A DNA stretch of 63,220 nt, the filler included, from Phoronis australis (lineage: Eukaryota; Animalia; Phoronida), in the NCBI GenBank assembly GCA_002633005.1. It is 13 parts of 13 records of this genome, joined end to end, with 100 filler letters (N's around TTAATTAATTAA, not from the genome) between each part and the next. Parts side by side here need not be neighbours in the genome. Positions count along the whole stretch, not along the records: positions 13,096 to 17,157 come from NMRA01002722.1; positions 17,258 to 23,746 come from NMRA01001529.1; positions 23,847 to 36,012 come from NMRA01001652.1; 10 more parts are not named here. One strand, given 5' to 3'. This document shows positions 13,096 through 24,500 of this stretch, piece after piece. Under the pieces are notes generated by a model that did no database searches, was not told the origin of the DNA, and saw only the letters and a program-made list of their open reading frames with translations. The translations under genes were made by a program, and so were the position numbers. Within the stretch, counting starts at the first letter, position 1. Each line of letters opens with the position of its first letter.

Positions 13096-13531
13096 CCCGC
13101 CAGTAATACTCCGAGATCGGAATCCGTTGATAACACACCCAGGAATTGTGGCGACACAGTCAATAAGGACTCTGTAGTCTCTAATTATTTATTAACTGAC
13201 CGGACTCATTCCGTGGGTGTTAGCCCACTGCCGGTGTATAGGAGTCCTGACCAGGCGACTGACGGCTCAGAGCAGGAGACGCGTTTGTCTAGGGCAAGCA
13301 TGATATCAAATGCTGAGAGCGATCCGGTGGACATTGATTTGCCATCAGACTGTGATAGTGGGCCCCCGTCAGAGAGGCTTAGAGCCCCCGAGGGCGTGAA
13401 ATATGATAATTTTATGTGCACCTCTACTCCCTCACGCGGGGCTGTGCCTGGCAGCCGTGCGTCACAGGTCACGAACATTCCCGATGGTAGCTACTGTGGG
13501 CAGGGAAGGCACAAGGACGGTTCAATCCTAG
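13096..13531 (+). CDS. exon of an unidentified Ser/Pro/Asp-rich protein (5' truncated by contig start)
   Basis: Open for 145 codons from the contig start, higher GC than its flanks, ending at CTAG|GTGAGA where composition shifts to AT-rich intron-like sequence. No recognisable domain. Confidence 0.6.
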
Positions 13532-14674
13532 GTGAGAACTTGTTTTTGCATCCTATTCGTCGTTGCTCTAATTGGCTGAAGGAATGTTACCATAACGGAG
13601 ATCAGTATTATATTGTTGATGATGCTTTAAGCCAATTTTCTGCCAAAAAATTAACTTTTTTTTGCTATATTATAAAAGTGGTCTTGTCTTGTTCTGTTCT
13701 TTTGTTAGAGGTGATGGACTTAGGGATTAACAAAGTACTCATCTTCCCAGGCCCGCGTTGCTTCAAGATTGAATTAAGAACAAGTTGAGACTAGTTTTAC
13801 TTTGTTCTGAATCAAGATTTAGACAAGTTTTCTTGACAGGAGTCGTGTTCGTAGCATCTGCAGTAATGCAGCAGTGTTTCAGTGTGACAGTTACGACTTG
13901 TGGATACTGTCTAGTAGGGAAATCAGTCGTGTAAATTTTTATAAAAACTGAGTACATATAGCCATTGTGAGCAACACAATTGATGCCCTGTTGTTAAACA
14001 CAAATTTTACCTTTTTGAAGGTGTTTGAGTCGATTTGGCATGTTTTACTTCTTCTGTAATGTATTTTGAACCTTTGAGTAGATTTTTCTAATTTCATTTT
14101 AAAAATTGTTGAAATCATAAATGTGACACTGGGAGCAAGTCGCTGAATGAAAACGCCGCTGTAAATCATATTTTTGCTACTTTCATTACCTGTTTCTGCC
14201 CTAATTGCTCAAACTTCAAATGGCAAACGCTGTGTCAGAACTGAGACTGAAAATTGGCAGACATCTTGGCCACTGAGTAAATTGACAAGAACAGGAAAGT
14301 GAGAGAACAAAGCTTACTGGGACCAGCGAACCTCCTCACCACGTCTCACGTAATGACGTTATTCCTATCAATTTTGTTTTTATCAAGCTGCAAGTGAAAC
14401 ATGTGACATTGGAGTTGTACTTCGGTAGTGTGTCGAGAGTTACGTTCACTAATTTTCCGGTACTCATACAAGCTTCACTTTCGTCTCTTTGTGGCTTTCT
14501 CTCAACTGAGAACGATGTCAGTTTTTGAACAGACCATTGTGGAAGTTTGCCTGTTTGGAAATGAACATATTGAAAAGTTCATCATAGGTGTCTTGTCAAA
14601 TGTTGGCCCTTTTTTTGGTTTTAATTAGAAAACAAGATATTTACGGAAGGGTTCTATGAATGCCATGTTTTATT

Positions 14675-15788
14675 ATGCGCCCACATATTTATATGTGGAC
14701 GCATTATGCCGTCATCTCCGTCCGTCCGTCCGGGCGGCGTCCGTCCGGCGTCCGCTGCTTTATCTCCAAAACCCTTTGACATACGTTCATATATGTTCCA
14801 TTCATGAATGGGACGGCATATGCGAACTTTCGGACGGATCCGGCTACCGGTGTGCCCCCTAGTGGCAATTTTAGTTTTTTACGCTTACCTTTGTATCTTC
14901 AAAAGACCTGAACGGATTTTCATGAAATTTGGTATGTAGGCACCTATTAGTGAGATGACACTATCCTGCCGTTTTCAGATAGATTCGACATATTTTACGC
15001 CACCTAGTGGCCATTTTTAGTGTTTTCGAGTCTGTTTTTGTGCTTCCACCCCTCTATCAACCAAACTGCTCGAAGGATGATTGTGAAAATTGGCATGTAT
15101 ATGCTTACTATGTAGAGGACGGTTGACGATGATTTTCAGACGATTTGGACTACTGTGGCGCCTCCTAGTGGCAGTTTTGTTTTTTTTGCGCCTATGGCTG
15201 TATCTCCTAAACCGTTCGCAGGATCTTTANNNNNNNNNNNNNNNNNNNNNNNNNNNNNNNNNNNNNNNNNNNNNNNNNNNNNNNNNNNNNNNNNNNNNNN
15301 NNNNNNNNNNNNNNNNNNNNNNNNNNNNNNNNNNNNNNNNNNNNNNNNNNNNNNNNNNNNNNNNNNNNNNNNNNNNNNNNNNNNNNNNNNNNNNNNNNNN
15401 NNNNNNNNNNNNNNNNNNNNNNNNNNNNNNNNNNNNNNNNNNNNNNNNNNNNNNNNNNNNNNNNNNNNNNNNNNNNNNNNNNNNNNNNNNNNNNNNNNNN
15501 NNNNNNNNNNNNNNNNNNNNNNNNNNNNNNNNNNNNNNNNNNNNNNNNNNNNNNNNNNNNNNNNNNNNNNNNNNNNNNNNNNNNNNNNNNNNNNNNNNNN
15601 NNNNNNNNNNNNNNNNNNNNNCCCTAGCCTATTGAGGAGACAATGACCATGCCTTTCCATTTTGCAAAGTACAACATACTACATATATGCCCTCTACTGG
15701 CCACTTTATGGTACCAATAAACAACCCTAGAAGGATACCGTATGCGGTGCAATTGTGGGTGCATTTCAACGCTCTGCGTTGCTCTTGT
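14675..15788 (+). mobile_element. Helentron-associated (HINE/DINE-1-like) non-autonomous element, internal N gap 15230-15621
   Basis: T-rich site, then subTIR ATGCGCCCAC, then palindrome CACATATTTATATGTG, then (GTCC)n microsatellite. The 3' end is GGGTGCAT + CAACGC-TCT-GCGTTG hairpin + CTCTTG. This is the HINE/DINE-1 architecture. Confidence 0.75.
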
Positions 15789-17257
15789 GGTAATGTGGAA
15801 CTCTAGAAAAATGTCCAAATTTAGCTAACTTCAGAACATCACATCTCAAAAATGGATGATTGGATTCAAATGAAACTTGCAGCCACTGTACTTTATGCTT
15901 TGTTCTTCAGAAAGCTGTGAGGAATTTTTTTTTTATGTTCCACTTTTGCAGGAGTGATCAGCAACTCAAACATTGCATAAAATGAAAACAAAATGATAAT
16001 TTAGAAAACGGTAACGGCATTTTAGAGATTGCAACTTGTACATTTGTATCAAACAAAATTTGTTATTGATACGGTTGTTTTGCTGTTAAAGTAAAAGTAT
16101 ATATTTTCAAAATTTAAAGTAGAAAGCTTTCATAATTCGATTGTTTACTGTCTTTTACCAATCTGACAATAAGTGGATCACATGACTGTGCTTTTTTAGG
16201 AAAAAATAGCTAGAAAGGAAGGTTCATCTATAGCAGAACAATGGTATCAATATCATGACAAATTAAGTATAAATATTAAATGTTCAAGGTGAATTCACAT
16301 AACCGCTGTTGCAGTTTTCTGGTGTTATTTCGTTTTCATTTTACACTTGTTTTCGATTTTTTTCTGAAAAATCATAAATATACAATTTTTTGATAGGCCT
16401 TCTTCATACGAAATTGGAAAGAATTCCTAACAGCATTCTGGAAAAAAGTGGTGTCTGAAAGTTTCGTATGAATCCGATAGCCATTTCTGAGATATGTTCC
16501 AAAGTTTGCCAAATCTATCCGAATTTGGAGGGCCCTTCATAATCTGAACCCTTCATTGCGAAGAAACAAAAAACAACACGACAGTAACTAATCAACCTAT
16601 CTTCCATAAAGTGATTCCGCATGCCATAGTTATTGTGTATGGTAAACCCAACTATTTCTTGCTCACTTGTTCTCCATACAAGTTTGTACACCTAAGCTTC
16701 ACTCATAGGCCTAGGCAACTATCCCTTGTATACGCTCGATTTGGCGATCTGCAGGTCACCAACATGACCTCAGATTATGCTTGGTAACCTGGAAAAATCC
16801 CAAGGCATCGCAGCGAGTATCTTAAGTTGGACAATAATTCTCCAGAAATTTCAAGGTTTATGTCGTGACTTGTAAAGTTAACAGTTGTCTTGATTTAATG
16901 TCTTTGGTTCACAATTGTTCCATTTATTTCGTGAAATCGGTGCTTTTGCCACCCTCAGCAGTTAGCAAGCATCAGACACGCTTAACTTACAGACGGAAGT
17001 GGGAATTGTTGGGTATGAATCGGGCAAGATGGATGAAACACGCATCCAGTGTATGCGAACATCTGCGTTTTATTGCAGTTGGCAGGATGAATTGAGTTAG
17101 AAGTTGAATGGTACATTTTTTTTTGGAAAAATGGAAGAGGTAATGCGTAAGTTTCTGNNNNNNNNNNNNNNNNNNNNNNNNNNNNNNNNNNNNNNNNNNN
17201 NTTAATTAATTAANNNNNNNNNNNNNNNNNNNNNNNNNNNNNNNNNNNNNNNNNNNN

Positions 17258-17631
17258 TCTAGTGGCAATTTTAGTATTTTACATTGACCTCTGTATTTTC
17301 ATAGGTCTTCAGGTGTATACTTTGTGTTACTTCGTGACTGTGAAGGAAAAGTTCCAAGTAGAAATTTGTTTCTGGCATTCTAATGCTGTGCTAATCTCGT
17401 ATGTTGGTAAATTTGTTTTTAATTCTATGTTTCTGTGGTGCTTTAAGCAACTGGTGTATAGGATGTGCTTGTATCATGAAGATTACTCACATTTTGCCCC
17501 TAGCCTATTGAGGAGACAAGGACCATGCCTTTCCATTTTGCAAAGTACAACGTACTACATATATGCCCTCTACTGGCCACCGTATGCGGTGCAATTGTGG
17601 GCGCATTTCAACGCTCTGCGTTGCTCTTGTT
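17258..17631 (+). mobile_element. HINE-like repeat, 3' fragment
   Basis: 17498-17630 is nearly identical to 15622-15788, including GGGCGCATTTCAACGCTCTGCGTTGCTCTTG. Confidence 0.75.
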
Positions 17632-17824
17632 GAAATATAATTATCATTTATTTTTGATAGCTATATGTTTATGCTTGTTATAAGTGTACATTTTATCATA
17701 GCGAAATTACTTATTGATATTTTATTAACAATTAGGTATTCTGAAGTTTGATGCTAAAATCAACATTATGCTTTACTGTGTGCAGATGACAAGGTTATGT
17801 GTTAGGCACTAAATTGATGTTTAA

Positions 17825-19451
17825 GGTGAATGCCACCCAAAAACAACCTATTTTGTATCGATTTAGATCGAGTAGTTCCCCTCGATAACAACAAGTTCAG
17901 TTGTTTTACCTGACACCTCACGGCAGACATAGGTGTTGAAATTAACCAGTGACGTAATCAGTTCGAATGCAGTCAGCCATTCACAGCACGCTTACTGGTG
18001 TCAAGTTATTGCTTGAATTCATCGTTTTACACCAATAAATGATCAAAATTCGATGTAAATCCCTTACAAATACATTGACTTCTTGAACAAACGTGTTGTT
18101 TTATTTCACTGTTACGGATTTATAGGTATTTGAAAGTACTGTAGTCTACAGAGTTTGGTAGGCAAATTTACCATGGTCGATTGCGGGAGTTTGGGTCTAT
18201 TTGATGATAAATTCTGATCATTCTTCTGTGAAATACAGACGGGGAAACATAGCTGCGTGTTTTACTTTTAGACTTGCGATTTTTTCAGTTCTAAACACAC
18301 ACTAAATGCTTGTTACTCTCCGCCAGTGGCTCGGAATCCGATCAGGCCTGTCGCGGCTGCCGGGACTGGACTTCACGAACATAAACCAGCTTAAGTTGGA
18401 AACTAAACCTCCAGTCACGAAAAGACTATAATAGTGAGCTAAAGAAATAATGTGCACATAATTATTGATGTGAATTAGCCATGAAACTGAAAATCTACTT
18501 ATTTGACGGGGTCCGTGAAGTCAGGTTCCCCTTCCACAGACCGTCAGAGCAAAGGTTGTACAGTAATAATGGTTTGAATAATGTTTTTGTGTATCTATAT
18601 AAAGATTCCCCTAACATGTGACCATAGCATATAAAATCGAGTTATTGTTTCACAACAGCTTTCTGTCAACAAACACCGAATTAGCATGCCAGGTCAATTA
18701 CCTTTATTGCATCTAAAGCTGGTAATGCAGTGGTTTACTCAAAACATTTACACTCACGAATACTCCAAAGGTATTGCAAATTGTATCTAGAGACAGACTT
18801 TGTTTCAGTTTTATATAAACATTGGTTGGGGTGAGAATAATTCATTTTGAAACAGAATGCAGAATAATAAACGTCTACATGGCAGCTTGCCCAGCGCCAA
18901 TCCCGACGTAGTCGAGAGCTCATCTGACGGGGACTTCACAGGTTGGATCGTTAGGTTTCACAGGCTATCAGTTCGAACCGAAATACACTGATCAAGAAAT
19001 ACTAGAGAGGCGCCGTGAACATGCACAGGCAACGGAACGTATGGATAGTTCTTTGGTAAGCTGGATTTTGGCAGAGAAGTCACTGTCGACGCCTTGCCGG
19101 CCACAGACACAGAGATGTTTCACGGCCTCATATTTGCTATTAACAGCGTACTTTTCATTCTTCACTACCGTGAGCCACTTCCTTAGCATTTCGGGCTCTC
19201 AAAGAAGTCGAAAAAACGATATACCTGCTTTGTTCGCAGCTTCATAGTTCGGACAAGTGGGATCGATGCACCGCAGTATAGCGGGATTCACTCTGCAGAC
19301 AAACCACTAATGTCGCTGCGTTGTTTCTCACCTTCTTCACAGGTAAATGCGACACCTCTCGGCAAGGTGAGGTTGACCGTATAAGAGACGATGTGGATAT
19401 AGACCGATTAAGATGGTAAAAAAGTCTAATTAAATTGGGTGGCATTCTCCT
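17825..19451 (-). mobile_element. Kolobok-like DNA transposon with decayed THAP-domain remnant
   Basis: TTAA|GGTGAATGCCACCCAA ... TTGGGTGGCATTCTCCT|TTAA. Minus strand ~19272-19090 reads RCIDPTCPNYEAANKAGISFFRLL*EPEMLRKWLTVVK...LCVCG, a THAP-like CxxxxC..F..W..C pattern. Confidence 0.75.
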
Positions 19452-19619
19452 TTAAACATAGGTGTATACGACTGAGGTCATGTTTCTCAGGATTAGTGTA
19501 TGTGACAGTTGCACAGTAAGGAGGTCTGTAACTACCATGATAACAATTTTTCTCAAGAGTGAGTGTTTGGATCTATTTATCAGGTTTCCAGTATTGATTC
19601 ATTCTTGTGTTAATTGCAG

Positions 19620-20012
19620 AGAACTGAAGAATCTCTGAGAAAGTGGATGAAAGAAATTGAAGACAAGCACAGTAACCCTTCAAGATCGCTTCAAGAATCA
19701 GCGTCATCAGCCAGTATTCACTCATCTAGCAGTCAACCAGTTCTTGGTAAGCTGCTAGTATAGCCTGCATTATGTAATGACAATTTCTTGAAAGTTTGGT
19801 GAGATCACGCAAGCTTTTGTCAGATTTCGCCATACATTGCAAATGGAACCCGTGATTTTGCTAGTTATGATTTTGCTGCTAACTTATTTTGTCAGTTGTT
19901 AATATGTTATTTTTCCTACAGAATCTCCAGATGGTTATTTTGAGGTTGGCAAAATAAAATTTGACCTTAAAGATGTGCTGGGCCATGGGTGTGAAGGGAC
20001 ATTTGTGTACAG
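19620..20012 (+). CDS. ERN1: IRE1 kinase/endoribonuclease, two exons (19620-19746, 19922-20012): cytosolic linker and start of kinase domain
   Basis: Spliced RTEESLRKW...[39 protein letters not shown] matches the IRE1 kinase start VGKIxFxxKDVLGHGxEGTxVY. Splice sites canonical, phases match. Confidence 0.9.
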
Positions 20013-20160
20013 GTGAGTGGGATAAGTTGTTTGTAAAATATTTGTGTACAGGTGAGTGGGACAAGTGTTTGTAAAATATTTGTGTACAGGTGAGATGGAC
20101 AAGTTGTCTGTAAAATATTTGTGTACAGGTGAGATGGACAAGTTGTTTGTAAAATATTTG
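20001..20160. repeat. 4 copies of a ~39-bp unit containing the IRE1 exon end and GTGAG donor
   Basis: ATTTGTGTACAG|GTGAG(TGG/ATG)GA(T/C)AAGTTGT(T/C)TGTAAAAT repeated four times. Confidence 0.9.
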
Positions 20161-20349
20161 CTTGTGATGTTGCAGCTGTGACTGTAGTATTGACAGAGAT
20201 CTAACAAAAGTTGAAGTCAAAGTGCACTGATAGTTATGTTGTATTTTGATACATTGTATTTTACAGGAGTTCTAAATCTTGAAACAAACTATTGATTTCA
20301 AGAATCACATTACCATGGCACACGCTACAATTGTATAAATGGCTGAGGC

Positions 20350-23021
20350 TTTCACATAATTAGTCAACTTCCTTTTTAGCCTGGTTATTTTCACATAATT
20401 AGTCAACTTCCTATTTAGCCTGGTTATTTTCACATAATTAGTCAACTTCCTATTTAGCCTGGTTATTTTCACATAATTAGTCAACTTCCTATTTAGCCTG
20501 GTTATTTTCACATAATTAGTCAACTTCCTATTTAGCCTGGTTATTTTCACATAATTAGTCAACTTCCTATTTAGCCTGGTTATTTTCACATAATTAGTCA
20601 ACTTCCTATTTAGCCTGGTTATTTTCACATAATTAGTCAACTTCCTATTTAGCCTGGTTATTTTCACATAATTAGTCAACTTCCTATTTAGCCTGGTTAT
20701 TTTCACATAATTAGTCAACTTCCTATTTAGCCTGGTTATTTTCACATAATTAGTCAACTTCCTATTTAGCCTGGTTATTTTCACATAATTAGTCAACTTC
20801 CTATTTAGCCTGGTTATTTTCACATAATTAGTCAACTTCCTATTTAGCCTGGTTATTTTCACATAATTAGTCAACTTCCTATTTAGCCTGGTTATTTTCA
20901 CATAATTAGTCAACTTCCTATTTAGCCTGGTTATTTTCACATAATTAGTCAACTTCCTATTTAGCCTGGTTATTTTCACATAATTAGTCAACTTCCTATT
21001 TAGCCTGGTTATTTTCACATAATTAGTCAACTTCCTATTTAGCCTGGTTATTTTCACATAATTAGTCAACTTCCTATTTAGCCTGGTTATTTTCACATAA
21101 TTAGTCAACTTCCTATTTAGCCTGGTTATTTTCACATAATTAGTCAACTTCCTATTTAGCCTGGTTATTTTCACATAATTAGTCAACTTCCTATTTAGCC
21201 TGGTTATTTTCACATAATTAGTCAACTTCCTATTTAGCCTGGTTATTTTCACATAATTAGTCAACTTCCTATTTAGCCTGGTTATTTTCACATAATTAGT
21301 CAACTTCCTATTTAGCCTGGTTATTTTCACATAATTAGTCAACTTCCTATTTAGCCTGGTTATTTTCACATAATTAGTCAACTTCCTATTTAGCCTGGTT
21401 ATTTTCACATAATTAGTCAACTTCCTATTTAGCCTGGTTATTTTCACATAATTAGTCAACTTCCTATTTAGCCTGGTTATTTTCACATAATTAGTCAACT
21501 TCCTATTTAGCCTGGTTATTTTCACATAATTAGTCAACTTCCTATTTAGCCTGGTTATTTTCACATAATTAGTCAACTTCCTATTTAGCCTGGTTATTTT
21601 CACATAATTAGTCAACTTCCTATTTAGCCTGGTTATTTTCACATAATTAGTCAACTTCCTATTTAGCCTGGTTATTTTCACATAATTAGTCAACTTCCTA
21701 TTTAGCCTGGTTATTTTCACATAATTAGTCAACTTCCTATTTAGCCTGGTTATTTTCACATAATTAGTCAACTTCCTATTTAGCCTGGTTATTTTCACAT
21801 AATTAGTCAACTTCCTATTTAGCCTGGTTATTTTCACATAATTAGTCAACTTCCTATTTAGCCTGGTTATTTTCACATAATTAGTCAACTTCCTATTTAG
21901 CCTGGTTATTTTCACATAATTAGTCAACTTCCTATTTAGCCTGGTTATTTTCACATAATTAGTCAACTTCCTATTTAGCCTGGTTATTTTCACATAATTA
22001 GTCAACTTCCTATTTAGCCTGGTTATTTTCACATAATTAGTCAACTTCCTATTTAGCCTGGTTATTTTCACATAATTAGTCAACTTCCTATTTAGCCTGG
22101 TTATTTTCACATAATTAGTCAACTTCCTATTTAGCCTGGTTATTTTCACATAATTAGTCAACTTCCTATTTAGCCTGGTTATTTTCACATAATTAGTCAA
22201 CTTCCTATTTAGCCTGGTTATTTTCACATAATTAGTCAACTTCCTATTTAGCCTGGTTATTTTCACATAATTAGTCAACTTCCTATTTAGCCTGGTTATT
22301 TTCACATAATTAGTCAACTTCCTATTTAGCCTGGTTATTTTCACATAATTAGTCAACTTCCTATTTAGCCTGGTTATTTTCACATAATTAGTCAACTTCC
22401 TATTTAGCCTGGTTATTTTCACATAATTAGTCAACTTCCTATTTAGCCTGGTTATTTTCACATAATTAGTCAACTTCCTATTTAGCCTGGTTATTTTCAC
22501 ATAATTAGTCAACTTCCTATTTAGCCTGGTTATTTTCACATAATTAGTCAACTTCCTATTTAGCCTGGTTATTTTCACATAATTAGTCAACTTCCTATTT
22601 AGCCTGGTTATTTTCACATAATTAGTCAACTTCCTATTTAGCCTGGTTATTTTCACATAATTAGTCAACTTCCTATTTAGCCTGGTTATTTTCACATAAT
22701 TAGTCAACTTCCTATTTAGCCTGGTTATTTTCACATAATTAGTCAACTTCCTATTTAGCCTGGTTATTTTCACATAATTAGTCAACTTCCTATTTAGCCT
22801 GGTTATTTTCACATAATTAGTCAACTTCCTATTTAGCCTGGTTATTTTCACATAATTAGTCAACTTCCTATTTAGCCTGGTTATTTTCACATAATTAGTC
22901 AACTTCCTATTTAGCCTGGTTATTTTCACATAATTAGTCAACTTCCTATTTAGCCTGGTTATTTTCACATAATTAGTCAACTTCCTATTTAGCCTGGTTA
23001 TTTTCACATAATTAGTCAACT
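20350..23021. repeat. 39-bp tandem satellite, ~68 essentially identical copies (downstream of the IRE1 donor, presumably intronic)
   Basis: Unit TTCACATAATTAGTCAACTTCCTATTTAGCCTGGTTATT; only the first copy differs. The array ends at a single N (23022). Confidence 0.95.
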
Positions 23022-23095
23022 NGGGGCTACAGGCACTGAGGGATGGATAGCGCCAGAGATGATGCAAGATGGACTACGCACAGTAAGACACAAAC

Positions 23096-23249
23096 TCACT
23101 GTCATCATCAATGTCATCACCATTACCACCAGCACGATCATCACCGTCATCATCAATGTCATCACCATTACCACCAGCACGATCATCACCGTCATCATCA
23201 ATGTCATCACCATTACCACCAGCACGATCATCACTGTCATCACCATCAT
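23096..23249. repeat. 45-bp tandem repeat, ~3.3 copies, (CAT/CAC)-rich
   Basis: GTCATCATCAATGTCATCACCATTACCACCAGCACGATCATCACC repeated about three times. Confidence 0.9.
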
Positions 23250-23899
23250 ACCCAACATTTTGTTGCGTTGTTTTGTTACAGTTGACATGGCGGCTCAACT
23301 TGTACATGTAAATAGTTGACAATGAACCACTGGACACTTTCAGCAGATTTCATAAAGGTGGTTTAACAAAACCAGGTGTAAGACTTAAACCTGGTCTTCC
23401 TAAACCTGGTCTAATTTTAGACCTAACTTGCATTTCACCAACATGGTTTAAGAGTCTGAAAGCCTGGGTTTGCTAGACCAGGGAGCTGGTTCAGTAGAAC
23501 CAGGTTAAAGTATCAAAGGCACCCCACGGTGTCGAGCTGGGTAAACCCAACAAAGAAACTAGTGAAATGCTTCAATGAACCTTGGTCACGTGGGTATAGA
23601 ATGACATACACCAGTAGAATCAGTGCAGACATTTACGACAAAGGTCTAAAAGCTTTTCTCATGAGGAAAAATGTAATTTGTGTGCCCAACACACACACAT
23701 TAAAGAACATGCTCACGATCAGATGTAACATGATAAATGCCCAAATNNNNNNNNNNNNNNNNNNNNNNNNNNNNNNNNNNNNNNNNNNNNTTAATTAATT
23801 AANNNNNNNNNNNNNNNNNNNNNNNNNNNNNNNNNNNNNNNNNNNNGGGGTGTGGGGGTCGAGGGTGTCGAGGAGTTTTTAGAACAATCCTCTAAGCGC

Positions 23900-24500
23900 T
23901 AACAAAATCAGTAAGATTCTGGTGAGCTGACTGATGCTAGGTTGTATAGAGAGATTGCTGGAAGCCTAGTGTATGCCATGACATGCACAAGAACTGATAT
24001 GTGTTATAGGCCTACATTATTGTCTCAGAATATGGCGAAGCCAACCATGGCTCACGTCCTAAACACGGCTAAACATGTCCTTCGTTATATGACTATGGTT
24101 TGAAGTTTAGAAAGACAGATTCACAGTTGAATTTGACTGGATACAGTGATTCTGTTTAGGATTCATTTGTTGACCAAAAAAGTGCGGGGATATTGTTTTC
24201 GCCTGAGAATGGGTCTTTGGTATCTTGGAAAAGCAAGAAGCAGAAGACGGTTGCTTTATCTAGTTGCGAATCAGAGAGTACGGCACTTGCTCTTGCTGCA
24301 CAAGAGGGGAAATTTCAGAAGCAATCGTTTGCTGATATTACTTGTAGTTTTAACTCTGCAACAACTATACGTCTTGACAATCGGGGTGCAATGGCTCTAC
24401 ATAAAAAAACAGTGTATCATCAGAGGTCTAAACACATAGACATCCAATTTCATTAGATCAGTGGTTCAAACAGGTCGTGTAGAGTTGTCTTATACCCCAT
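23900..24500 (+). pseudogene. Ty1/copia retrotransposon RT-RNase H remnant (frameshifted)
   Basis: YREIAGSLVYAMTCTRTD..., GYSDS, LVSWKSKKQKTVALSSCESE...DNRGAMAL...VYHQRSKHIDIQFH* are copia pol motifs with frameshifts and a stop. Confidence 0.92.

Noticed and set aside
15090-15660. Long ORFs spanning N runs (also the X-rich part of 47956-49431)
   Set aside because: Their length is due to untranslatable N gaps.
20305-23067. 920-aa ORF (KLTNYVKITRLNR)n, or a CRISPR-like array
   Set aside because: By-product of a 39-bp satellite lacking a stop in one frame. It crosses an N, has no spacers and no cas genes nearby.
23016-23337. Overlapping His-rich, Asp/Gly-rich and Met/Val-rich ORFs
   Set aside because: All arise from a 45-bp (CAT/CAC)-rich tandem repeat open in several frames; no splice or homology support.
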